Of a DNA stretch of 15,412 nt, positions 1 to 7,242 are shown piece by piece. This stretch comes from an uncultured Gemmatimonadales bacterium (lineage in GTDB: Bacteria; Gemmatimonadota; Gemmatimonadetes; Gemmatimonadales; GWC2-71-9), in assembly GCA_963844035.1 (NCBI GenBank), contig CAWJMT010000020.1:1-15412 (forward strand), read 5' to 3'. The notes under the pieces are model-generated. The model was not told the DNA's origin and searched no databases. It saw only the letters and a list, made by a program, of their open reading frames with translations. The position numbers and the translations under genes are program-made. Position 1 is the first letter of the stretch; every line of letters begins with the position of its first letter.

Positions 1-1
1 G

Positions 2-79
2 GGCCTCGACCGGCGAACGGTGAAGAGCCACCTCGAGGCTGCGCGCCAGGAGGCTGCCTCCGCCACCCGTCCAGGCTGA
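2..79 (+). CDS. C-terminal end of upstream gene, probable Fis-type HTH of a sigma54-dependent transcriptional regulator (partial)
   Basis: Manual translation GLDRRTVKSHLEAARQEAASATRPG*, TGA at 77-79. 'GLDRRTV' resembles the recognition helix at the C-terminus of enhancer-binding proteins. Only 25 aa are visible. Confidence 0.5.
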   Translation, partial: GLDRRTVKSHLEAARQEAASATRPG

Positions 80-85
80 ACGCGC

Positions 86-91
86 TACGAT
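86..91 (+). promoter_or_regulatory. Candidate sigma70 -10 box (TACGAT) for the aldo/keto reductase
   Basis: TANNNT hexamer in otherwise GC-rich intergenic DNA, 90 nt upstream of ATG 181. Confidence 0.35.
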
Positions 92-129
92 AGGGGCCTC
101 GCGCGGGCACGTCCGGCCGCGTGCGTCTC

Positions 130-153
130 GTCGAGCCGGCCACCCGGCTCGAC
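130..153. repeat. Perfect 10-bp GC-rich hairpin (GTCGAGCCGG-ccac-CCGGCTCGAC)
   Basis: Exact inverted repeat at 130-139 and 144-153 with a 4-nt loop. No U-tract follows. Confidence 0.7.
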
Positions 154-180
154 CAGCCATGCCGTGGAAAGGGATCGCGA

Positions 181-1267
181 ATGCTCTACAGGCCCTACGG
201 GAAGACCGGCAAGAGCTGCTCGGTCGTCGGCTTCGGAGGGATGCGCTTCAAGGACGTCGACGATCGCGACGCCTGCGTCGCGATGATGGTCGAGGCCGCG
301 CGGGGCGGCATCAACTACTTCGACACGGCGCCGGACTATTTCGGCGTGAAGAGCGAGCAGGTCTTCGGCGCGGGGTTCCGCGAGCTGCGCCGGCTCGGGC
401 TGCCGTACCTCTGCTGCCACCAAGACGACGCAGTCGACGGAGAAGGGCATCCGCACGGAGATCGAGGCGCAGCTCCGGCGTCTCGGGGTCGAGGCGATCG
501 ACTTCTACCACGTCTGGTGCATCCTCACGCCCGAGGGCTGGCAGACGCGCAAGCGCGACGGTGTGCTCGCCACCTTCCGCAAGCTGCGCGACGAGGGGCT
601 GATCCGCCACGTCTGCGTCTCGAGCCACCTGATCGGCGACGAGATCGAGGAGCTGCTCGACGAGGGCGTCTTCGAGGGCGTCCTCTTCGGCTACTCCGCG
701 TACAACGTCCCCGCGCGTGAGAAGGCGTTCGCGGCGATCCGCCGGCAGGGCCTGGGCTGCGTCGTGATGAATCCGCTCGGCGGCGGCATCATCCCGCAGA
801 ACCCCGAGGTCTTCCACTTCATCAAGAAGCGGGAGGACCAGGACCTCGTCGAGGCCGCGCTGCACTTCCTGTGGTCACACCCCGAGATCACGACGACGCT
901 CGTCGGCTTCAGCGAGAGCCGCGAGATCCAGGAGGCGCTGCGGGCGGTCGAGGCGTTTCCGGGCATCGACGAGGCACACGTGGCGCGCGTGCGGGGTGCG
1001 ATCGACGGGGCCTTCCGCGACCTCTGCACGGGCTGCCAGTACTGCGACGACTGCCCCGAGGGCGTCCCGGTGCCGCAGCTGATGGACGCCTACAACCACA
1101 TGAAGCTCTACGGCACGAAGAAAGCCGCCCTCGACCGGCTCAAGTGGCACTGGTCGACGCCGCCCGGGCTGGCGAGCAAGTGCAGCGAGTGCGGCCAGTG
1201 CGAGCAGGCCTGCACCCAGCACCTGCCGATCATCGAGAGGCTGAAGCAGGTGGCGGAGCTCGGCTGA
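181..1267 (+). CDS. Aldo/keto reductase with C-terminal 2x[4Fe-4S] ferredoxin-like domain (one +1 frameshift at ~412-418)
   Basis: MLYRPYGKTG..SVVGFGGMR, GINYFDTAPDY, then the frame changes to ATKT..RLGVEAIDFYHVW, MNPLGGG. C-terminal CTGCQYCDDCP and CSECGQCEQAC motifs. Joins ORFs 121..720 and 563..1267. Confidence 0.9.
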
Positions 1268-1295
1268 TCCGGCTCTGCCCGCTGGGCGTCGCTGA

Positions 1296-2564
1296 TCAGT
1301 CCTTGACGAACGACATCACCAGCTCCGACCGGAGAATGCCGCGCGAGATCTCGAGGCGCGCGCCCTTCGCGGCGAGCGCCCCGACCAGCGCTTCGCGTGT
1401 GTAGCGTGCGCGGTGCGGGGTCGTCCAGGCGTCGGGGACGAGCCGTGAGTAGAGGCGGCTCAGCACGACCCACAGCCAGCGGCCGTAGTCCGAGGTTGCG
1501 ATGACGAGGCGGCCGCCGGGAGCGAGAACGCGCAGCAGCTCTTCGAGGAGGCCGCTGTCGCGGGGCAGCAGCTCGAGGAGCTGCGAGGCCACGACGCACG
1601 GGAAAGCCCCGTCGGCGAACGGCAACGACAGCGCCGACGCGCGGACCAGCGGCCGCGCGAAGCGCCGGGCGCGGCGCAGCTTCTCGGGAAGAACGTCGAC
1701 GCCCACGCTCGTCGGGGGCAGAGCGGCCAGGATCCGGCTCGAACCGCACCCGACGTCGAGCACGCGGCGTGCGTCTCGAGCCAGCTCCGTCACGAGGCGC
1801 CGCCGCCGCCGCTGCCAGTACCGCTGGAGCGGGATCAGGCTGTCGAAGGCACGGTCCTCGTAGTCGGCGGCGACGACCGAGTTGCGCAGCACGAAGAGCC
1901 TGCGGAACGTGGCCAGGTAGGCGAAGCCGAAGGGGATGATCCGCGCGTTCGAGGAGCCGTGCACCCGCGGCTCGTAGCGGAACGGGACCTCCTTCACACG
2001 CCAACCTTTCTTGTAGGCGCGGATCACGATCTCGGGGAGCACGTCGAAGTCCCTGGCGGCGACCGCCTCGGCGCCGATCGCGCCTTTCCGGTAGAGCCGG
2101 AAACCGCTCGAGAGGTCGCGCAGGGGCACGCCGAGGCCGAGCGCGAAGAAGCGGTTGAGGACCCGACTGAGCAGGGCGCGGGCGAGTGGCATGCGCGCCT
2201 CGCCGCCCGGCACGTAGCGGGACGCAATCAGGACCTCCGCAGAGTCGCGCTGGCGCCACAGGTCCACCGCGAAGGTCGGTGGGTGAGAGAGATCGGCGTC
2301 CATCGTGAGCACGTGACGCCCGCGCGCCATCGAGAAGCCCATGCGCAGCGCACCGCCGTAGCCCGGCTCGCGCTGGGGGGCGACCGTCGCGAGACCCGCG
2401 GCCGCCTGCTGCGTCTCGGGGTCCGCCTCGCGGACGACGACCAGGACCTCGGTGCGCACGGCGAAGCCGTTCAGGATCTCCCGGAGCTGGGGGAGGAGGA
2501 CGCGGAGGTTCGGACCTTCGTTGTGGGCCGGGATGACGACGCTCAGGTCCAGGTCGCTCGACAC
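1296..2564 (-). CDS. Glycosyltransferase family 2 (DPM1/polyprenol-phosphate sugar synthase-like) fused to a class I SAM-dependent methyltransferase
   Basis: N-terminal LSVVIPAHNE, GYGGALRMG, TMDADLSHPP (DxD), ASRYVPGG, DLSSGFRLY, EVPFRYEPRVHGSS. C-terminal VLDVGCGS, VGVD, LPFADGAF, RVLAPGGRL. Intact 422-aa ORF. Confidence 0.9.
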   Translation of the reverse strand: MSSDLDLSVVIPAHNEGPNLRVLLPQLREILNGFAVRTEVLVVVREADPETQQAAAGLATVAPQREPGYGGALRMGFSMARGRHVLTMDADLSHPPTFAVDLWRQRDSAEVLIASRYVPGGEARMPLARALLSRVLNRFFALGLGVPLRDLSSGFRLYRKGAIGAEAVAARDFDVLPEIVIRAYKKGWRVKEVPFRYEPRVHGSSNARIIPFGFAYLATFRRLFVLRNSVVAADYEDRAFDSLIPLQRYWQRRRRRLVTELARDARRVLDVGCGSSRILAALPPTSVGVDVLPEKLRRARRFARPLVRASALSLPFADGAFPCVVASQLLELLPRDSGLLEELLRVLAPGGRLVIATSDYGRWLWVVLSRLYSRLVPDAWTTPHRARYTREALVGALAAKGARLEISRGILRSELVMSFVKD

Positions 2565-2588
2565 CGGAGAAGCCTATATCATCCGCCG
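2565..2588. promoter_or_regulatory. Candidate bidirectional promoter with back-to-back -10 boxes driving two leaderless mRNAs
   Basis: TATCAT (+, 2577-2582) lies 6 nt before GTG 2589. TAGGCT (-, 2576-2571) lies 6 nt before GTG 2564. Neither start has a Shine-Dalgarno. Confidence 0.6.
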
Positions 2589-3785
2589 GTGGTCGACCGC
2601 CTCCACGACACGCGCCTCGGGGTGCTGGTGGCGCTCCTGGTCCTGGCCGTCAACGTGCTCCACGTCTCGGCGAACCTCGGCTTCCTGCACAAGGCGAAGC
2701 AGGTCAAGGAGACGGACCAGTGGCGCTACATCCAGATGGCCCGCGACCCGGAGCGCAGGAGCCCGCTCGCGCGCGAGGGCACCTACGCCTGGCGCGTCTT
2801 CGTGCCGGTGGCAGCGCGCACGCTGGTGCGCTGCGGCCTCCCCGAGAACCTCTCGTTCTGGTTGATCACGAACGTCTTCCTGTTCGGCTTCCTGCTCACG
2901 ACCTGGGTCTATCTGCGCGAGATCGGGTTCGATCCGCCGTTGCGCCTGAGCGGCCTCGCCCTCCTCGGCTTGACCCAGGGGGCCGTGCGTTGGTACGAGT
3001 ACCAGTACTGGATGACGGACGCGCCGTGTCTCTTCCTGATCGCCCTCGCGCTCCTGCTGATCAGACGCGAAAGACGCCACTGGCTCTACCCCGTGAGCGT
3101 CCTCGCCGCCTTCGTGCGCGAGAGCTACGTCGTCGTCTACCCCTACCTCTTCCTGCGCCTGCTCCGGCGGGGCGCGAGTTTCGTCGCGGCATTCCGGGAA
3201 ACGGCCTCGGTCGCGGTCCTGCCGGCGCTCGTGCTCGTGGGCCTTCGGATCGCGATCGTCCCCGACCATCCGGACAGCCTGATCGCCGATATCCGGGACA
3301 CGATGGCGTTGCGCCTGCGCTACTGGACGGAGCAGCCGTATCTGCTCACGATCGGATCCCTCGGCGCGTTGGTCCCTCTCGTGCTGCTCTTCCCGCGCCG
3401 GCTCTTTGGTCTGGCGCGCCGCCACCCGGAGGCGCTCTTCATCGTCCTCTTCTTCTATGGCCTGTGCCTCGCGGCCAACAACACGGAGCGTGAGCTCGGC
3501 TACACGCTTCCGGTCGTCCTGCCGGCGGCGCTTCTGGCGCTGCGCAGCCTCGTCGCCGAGGCTTGCCTGCCCCTCGTGCCCACGCTCGCCGTGGCGGTTG
3601 CGCTCCAGGCCTTCTTCTTCTCGCAGCAGCGATACCTCGAAATGGGCTCCAGCATCCACCAGCCCACGAACCTGGCGGTCCTGGCGGCGATGGCGACGGC
3701 CTGGGTCGCCGCCCAGCTGCTGCTCATCCGGTCGCGCCGCCGCGCGATTGCCACGAACGTGCCGGCGGCGCCCGCTGCGGGCTGA
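2589..3785 (+). CDS. Polytopic membrane protein, probable GT-C fold glycosyltransferase
   Basis: Coding part of ORF 1959..3785, taken from GTG 2589 because the upstream part is antisense to the GT2 gene. About 10 hydrophobic segments, an acidic D..Y motif after TM1 (ETDQWRYIQMA), YAWRVFVP, TDAPCLF and AAFVRES. These resemble ArnT/PMT-type GT-C features. Confidence 0.65.
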   Translation: MVDRLHDTRLGVLVALLVLAVNVLHVSANLGFLHKAKQVKETDQWRYIQMARDPERRSPLAREGTYAWRVFVPVAARTLVRCGLPENLSFWLITNVFLFGFLLTTWVYLREIGFDPPLRLSGLALLGLTQGAVRWYEYQYWMTDAPCLFLIALALLLIRRERRHWLYPVSVLAAFVRESYVVVYPYLFLRLLRRGASFVAAFRETASVAVLPALVLVGLRIAIVPDHPDSLIADIRDTMALRLRYWTEQPYLLTIGSLGALVPLVLLFPRRLFGLARRHPEALFIVLFFYGLCLAANNTERELGYTLPVVLPAALLALRSLVAEACLPLVPTLAVAVALQAFFFSQQRYLEMGSSIHQPTNLAVLAAMATAWVAAQLLLIRSRRRAIATNVPAAPAAG

Positions 3786-4538
3786 CGCGGTCGGCCGGCG
3801 AGCCGGGGGTGAGACCGAGCCGTACACGAAGAACCTCCCGCTCGCCCGGACCCATCCGCGCCAGCCGGCCTCGAGGAGTCGCCGCTCCAATGACGCCGGC
3901 TCGTGGAACACCTTGACGACCCTGAACTCACGGCCGTCGTTGAGCCGGCGCCGCACGATTCCCGATGCGTCTACCGGATCGTGATCCCGTGCCGTCGACG
4001 CCTGCTCGAGCAGACTGTCGACGAAGAAGACCATGCCGTCCGGCTTGACAGCCGCCCTCACCGTCCGCCAGAACGTGTCGAACCTCGTCACCGGCACGTG
4101 AGAGAGCCAGAAGGCGAAGACGACGGCATCGAATCGTGGTTCCGGCGGCAGCCAGGAGAACAGGTCGGCGACCACGTACTCGACAGCATCCGACTCGACC
4201 CGCGCCCGATTGATTGCGATCGCCTCGGGCGAAGCGTCGACGGCCACGACTCGGCGACCGCCTTCCGCGAGACGTCGAGTCCACAGACCGGTGCCGCACG
4301 CCAGCTCGAGAACCTCTCCCGGTGGCAGCGCATCACGGAGGGCAGCCTCGACCAGTGCTGTCTCCGCCGACCATTCGGCGCGATGGGACGGACCTCGATC
4401 GTAGCGACCCTGTCGGAGGAACCACTCGTCGTATTCAGGTGCCCGTGCTCGGTAATACTCGATCTGCTCGCGGAGGAGCCGCTCCTCTCGCAGCAGGGGC
4501 TCAGTCGGGGACACGGGAGTCAGATTGTCGATGGGCAT
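3724..4538 (-). CDS. Class I SAM-dependent methyltransferase (start and true stop uncertain)
   Basis: EQIEYYRARAPEYDEWF, VLELACGTGLWT, VAVDASPE, DLFSW, FDAVVFAFWLSHVP, VKPDGMVFFVDS. The recognisable domain ends near FFVYGSV (~3810). As sequenced the frame stays open to 2574, and the nearest out-of-frame TGA is at 3724-3726. Alternative start at 4580. Confidence 0.8.
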
Positions 4539-4617
4539 CCGCTTCGCGCTCACGGGTGGTGCTCGGGCGTGCATGGCCACGCCAGACCACAGGTGCAGTC
4601 ACGACGCAGCCACGGGC

Positions 4618-5472
4618 TCAACCAGACACCTGCCCCGGCGGCCCCGGCTCGTCCCGGAGGAGATCCTCGATGTCCCCGATGTGCTCGCCGAGAGAGTTGA
4701 GCCTGCGGGCCAGGCCTTGGATCTCCGCGGCCGCACGCCGGTTCACTTCGTAGTCGAGCTCGCCTCGCAGGCGATCCTTCGTATCCTGGCGGTTCTGGCT
4801 CATCATGATGACCGGCGCCTGGATCGCGGCCAACGTGGAGAGGAACAGGTTGAGCAGGATGAACGGATAGGGATCCCAGGCAGCACCGCGCAGGCGCACG
4901 TTGATCAGTGTGTAGGTGCCGAGCAGCACCCCGAACAGGATGATGAAAGACCAGGAACCGCCGAAGCGGGCGACCTCGTCTGCGATCCGCTCACCGAGGG
5001 TCGTCTCCGTATCGATGATCACGTTCGGGTGGCGGCTGGCCCGCACCCGAATCAGCCTCTGCGTCGCGTGGAACTGCCGGCCCAGCACCGTCAGCAGGTC
5101 CATCCCGGCCAGCGGCTTGCGCTGCAAGAGGGTCGTGATGTCGTTGCGGTCGACCTCGATGCACGTGGTGTCCTCGACGGCGACGGCCTCCGTCTGGTGA
5201 GGTGTCTGCTCGAGCATGGACGCGAAGCCGAAGAACTCGCCGTGCCCCGGTTCGTTGACCACGACTTCCTGGGCGTCCTCGTCGATCGTGCTGACGCAGA
5301 CGCGACCGGAGATCATGACGTAGGCGCGGCCGCCTGGGTCGGCGGCCTTGTAGATGCGCTGGCGCGGGGCGAACCGCTTCAGCTCGACCTGGCTGGCCAG
5401 CACCGCGATCTCCTCCTCGTCGAGGAGCGCAAACAGGGGGACATGCTGCAGTTCGTGCGGATCGCAAGCCAT
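4618..5472 (-). CDS. Cyclic nucleotide-binding domain protein with C-terminal DUF1003 membrane domain
   Basis: ATG 5472 preceded by GAGGTG. VPLFALL..YVMISGRV..GEFFGFASML (cNMP fold), then GERIADEVARFGGSWSFI, WDPYPFILLNLFLSTLAAIQAPVIMMSQNRQ (DUF1003 signature). Confidence 0.9.
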   Translation of the reverse strand: MACDPHELQHVPLFALLDEEEIAVLASQVELKRFAPRQRIYKAADPGGRAYVMISGRVCVSTIDEDAQEVVVNEPGHGEFFGFASMLEQTPHQTEAVAVEDTTCIEVDRNDITTLLQRKPLAGMDLLTVLGRQFHATQRLIRVRASRHPNVIIDTETTLGERIADEVARFGGSWSFIILFGVLLGTYTLINVRLRGAAWDPYPFILLNLFLSTLAAIQAPVIMMSQNRQDTKDRLRGELDYEVNRRAAAEIQGLARRLNSLGEHIGDIEDLLRDEPGPPGQVSG

Positions 5473-5577
5473 AGGCACCTCGAGGCCGGAGGACGTTCCG
5501 GAGCATCCCATGGAAGGAAGACGCGCCACAAGCGCGCGCCGAAATCGGTCAGGTCGACCGACTTCCCGTGCTTCGCC

Positions 5578-5583
5578 TAGACT
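5578..5583 (+). promoter_or_regulatory. Candidate -10 box (TAGACT) for the downstream methyltransferase
   Basis: TANNNT in the divergent intergenic region 5473-5616, 33 nt before GTG 5617. Confidence 0.35.
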
Positions 5584-5616
5584 GGGCCGGGCGGCGCATG
5601 CCGAACCAGAGGGCGG

Positions 5617-6426
5617 GTGAACCCAGAAATGACACACGACGCGAAGCAGGGTATCGCGGGCATCTTCGACCGAACTGCAGCGACCTACGACACGGTGATT
5701 CCGTTCTTCTCGACGTTCGGGCGGCAGCTCGTGGAAACAGCAGGGCTTCGCGCCGGCGAACGCGTTCTCGATCTGGCCTGCGGCCGCGGCGCGTGCCTGC
5801 GTTTCGCGGCGGCCGCGGTCGGAGAACGGGGCACCGTGGTCGGCGTTGACCTCTCCGAAGCGATGATTCAGAGCACCGCGGCAGATTGGCGGGGCGTCAA
5901 CAACGTCTCACTCCATGTGGGCGACGCTGAGAAGCTCGACTTCGAAACGGCATCGTTCGACACCGTCGTGTGCGGCTTCGGCGTGTTCTTCTTCCCGGAT
6001 CCGCCTCGGGCGCTCGCTGAGTGTCGGCGCGTGTTGCGCTGCGGCGGACGATTCGCCGCATCGACTTTCGCCACGGGAAGCGGCGGCTATCCATGGACGG
6101 CTGACGTCGCGCGGCAGATGGGCACGGAGCTGCCGCTCGCGGCCAGTCGAGTGCGCCAGGCTGCAGGGCTTCGTGCCGTCCTGCAGGACGCAGGCTTCAC
6201 CGAGATCGAAACGGCGCGAACCGAGGGCCGGTTCGTCTTCCCCGACGTCGACTCCTACGTCGCCTGGAACTGGTCACACGCGGGCCGGCGACTCCTGGAG
6301 TCGCTCGACGTGCCGAGGCTGCAGGACTACCGGGCGCAGGTGGCCGGACGGCTGGCCCGACACGCGATCGAGGGCGGGTTCGAGCTCGTGCAGGAAGTGG
6401 ACAACACAGTAGCCCGTCGGCCGTGA
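5617..6426 (+). CDS. Class I SAM-dependent methyltransferase, UbiE/MenG-like fold
   Basis: FDRTAATYD, VLDLACGRG, VVGVDLSEAM, GDAEKLDFETASFD, ALAECRRVLRCGGRF. Intact ORF with an alternative ATG at 5629. Confidence 0.88.
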   Translation: MNPEMTHDAKQGIAGIFDRTAATYDTVIPFFSTFGRQLVETAGLRAGERVLDLACGRGACLRFAAAAVGERGTVVGVDLSEAMIQSTAADWRGVNNVSLHVGDAEKLDFETASFDTVVCGFGVFFFPDPPRALAECRRVLRCGGRFAASTFATGSGGYPWTADVARQMGTELPLAASRVRQAAGLRAVLQDAGFTEIETARTEGRFVFPDVDSYVAWNWSHAGRRLLESLDVPRLQDYRAQVAGRLARHAIEGGFELVQEVDNTVARRP

Positions 6427-6546
6427 GGGGGCTTTGACCGGGTAGGGGCGACAGCGTAGCCTGGAATGAGGTTGTCGCGTCCCCGTGCGCGCCGAGGCGA
6501 GAATACCGAAGCCCACGAGGGCTCATCGTCGAAAGGAGCGAACCGC

Positions 6547-7029
6547 ATGCGTCGTTCGAACCACATCCTGCTGGCCGTCGCCGTCTCCCTCCTGGTCCTT
6601 GCCGTGCCGGGTTCCCGTGCCTCGGCCGCAGAGAGCAGGGACGGCGAGGGAAGCGTCAAGATCGCGTTTCCGAAAGAGGAGTCCGTCCCGGTCGATCTGA
6701 GGTGCAACAAGGTCGACCTGCGCTCCGTCAAGATCGAAGGCGCTCCGTCCCACCACGAGATCCACGAAGCCCGCGAGCACCACAGCGACGACACCTCCAA
6801 CCTGCGCTGGATCTTCAAGTGCGACAACGAGGGGAAGCACCCGCGCAAGATGACGATCAAGGTGAAGGTCTACTCGGACGACAACAAAGTGCTGGCGGAG
6901 GACAGCCGGACCGACACCATCAGCGGAGAGAAGGACAAGGATCAAATCAGCGTCTGGACCAAGATCCGGACGAGAGACTACCCGAAGGCCGACCACGCCC
7001 GCATCTCCGCGGAGTGCGAGCGCGAATAG
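6547..7029 (+). CDS. Secreted hypothetical protein (signal peptide, probable beta-sandwich)
   Basis: AAAGGAG RBS before ATG 6547. MRRSNHILLAVAVSLLVLAVPGSRASAA signal peptide. Strong GC3 codon bias with a Lys/Asp/Glu-rich mature region, unlike shadow ORFs. Confidence 0.85.
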   Translation: MRRSNHILLAVAVSLLVLAVPGSRASAAESRDGEGSVKIAFPKEESVPVDLRCNKVDLRSVKIEGAPSHHEIHEAREHHSDDTSNLRWIFKCDNEGKHPRKMTIKVKVYSDDNKVLAEDSRTDTISGEKDKDQISVWTKIRTRDYPKADHARISAECERE

Positions 7030-7191
7030 CGTCCAGGATCTCGGACTCGAGCCGATCGCGGGCGCGACGTTCTCTTTCCTGCCGTCGCCAAGACCCGTCC
7101 GCTCGTTCGCTGCGACGGCCCGGCTGACGCGACGCCCGCCGAGCCCCGGAAGCAGCGGCGGAGCCTCGGGTTTGGCCGCCATCGCCCACGA

Positions 7192-7200
7192 TGCTACGCT
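7192..7200 (+). promoter_or_regulatory. Candidate extended -10 promoter (TGcTACGCT) for the ABC transporter
   Basis: TGnTANNNT pattern about 40 nt upstream of the GGAGG RBS and GTG 7243. Confidence 0.45.
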
Positions 7201-7242
7201 CGGCCCGGCAGCGCAGCCGGGGCCGAGCCGGCGCGGAGGCGC

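Noticed and set aside
1959..2588. N-terminal 210 aa of the 608-aa ORF
   Set aside because: Antisense shadow of the GT2 gene. Membrane-protein-like sequence starts only at GTG 2589.
5617..6426. Assigning the symbol ubiE/menG
   Set aside because: Only generic similarity. The YDxMN motif typical of UbiE/MenG is absent and there are no quinone-pathway neighbours.
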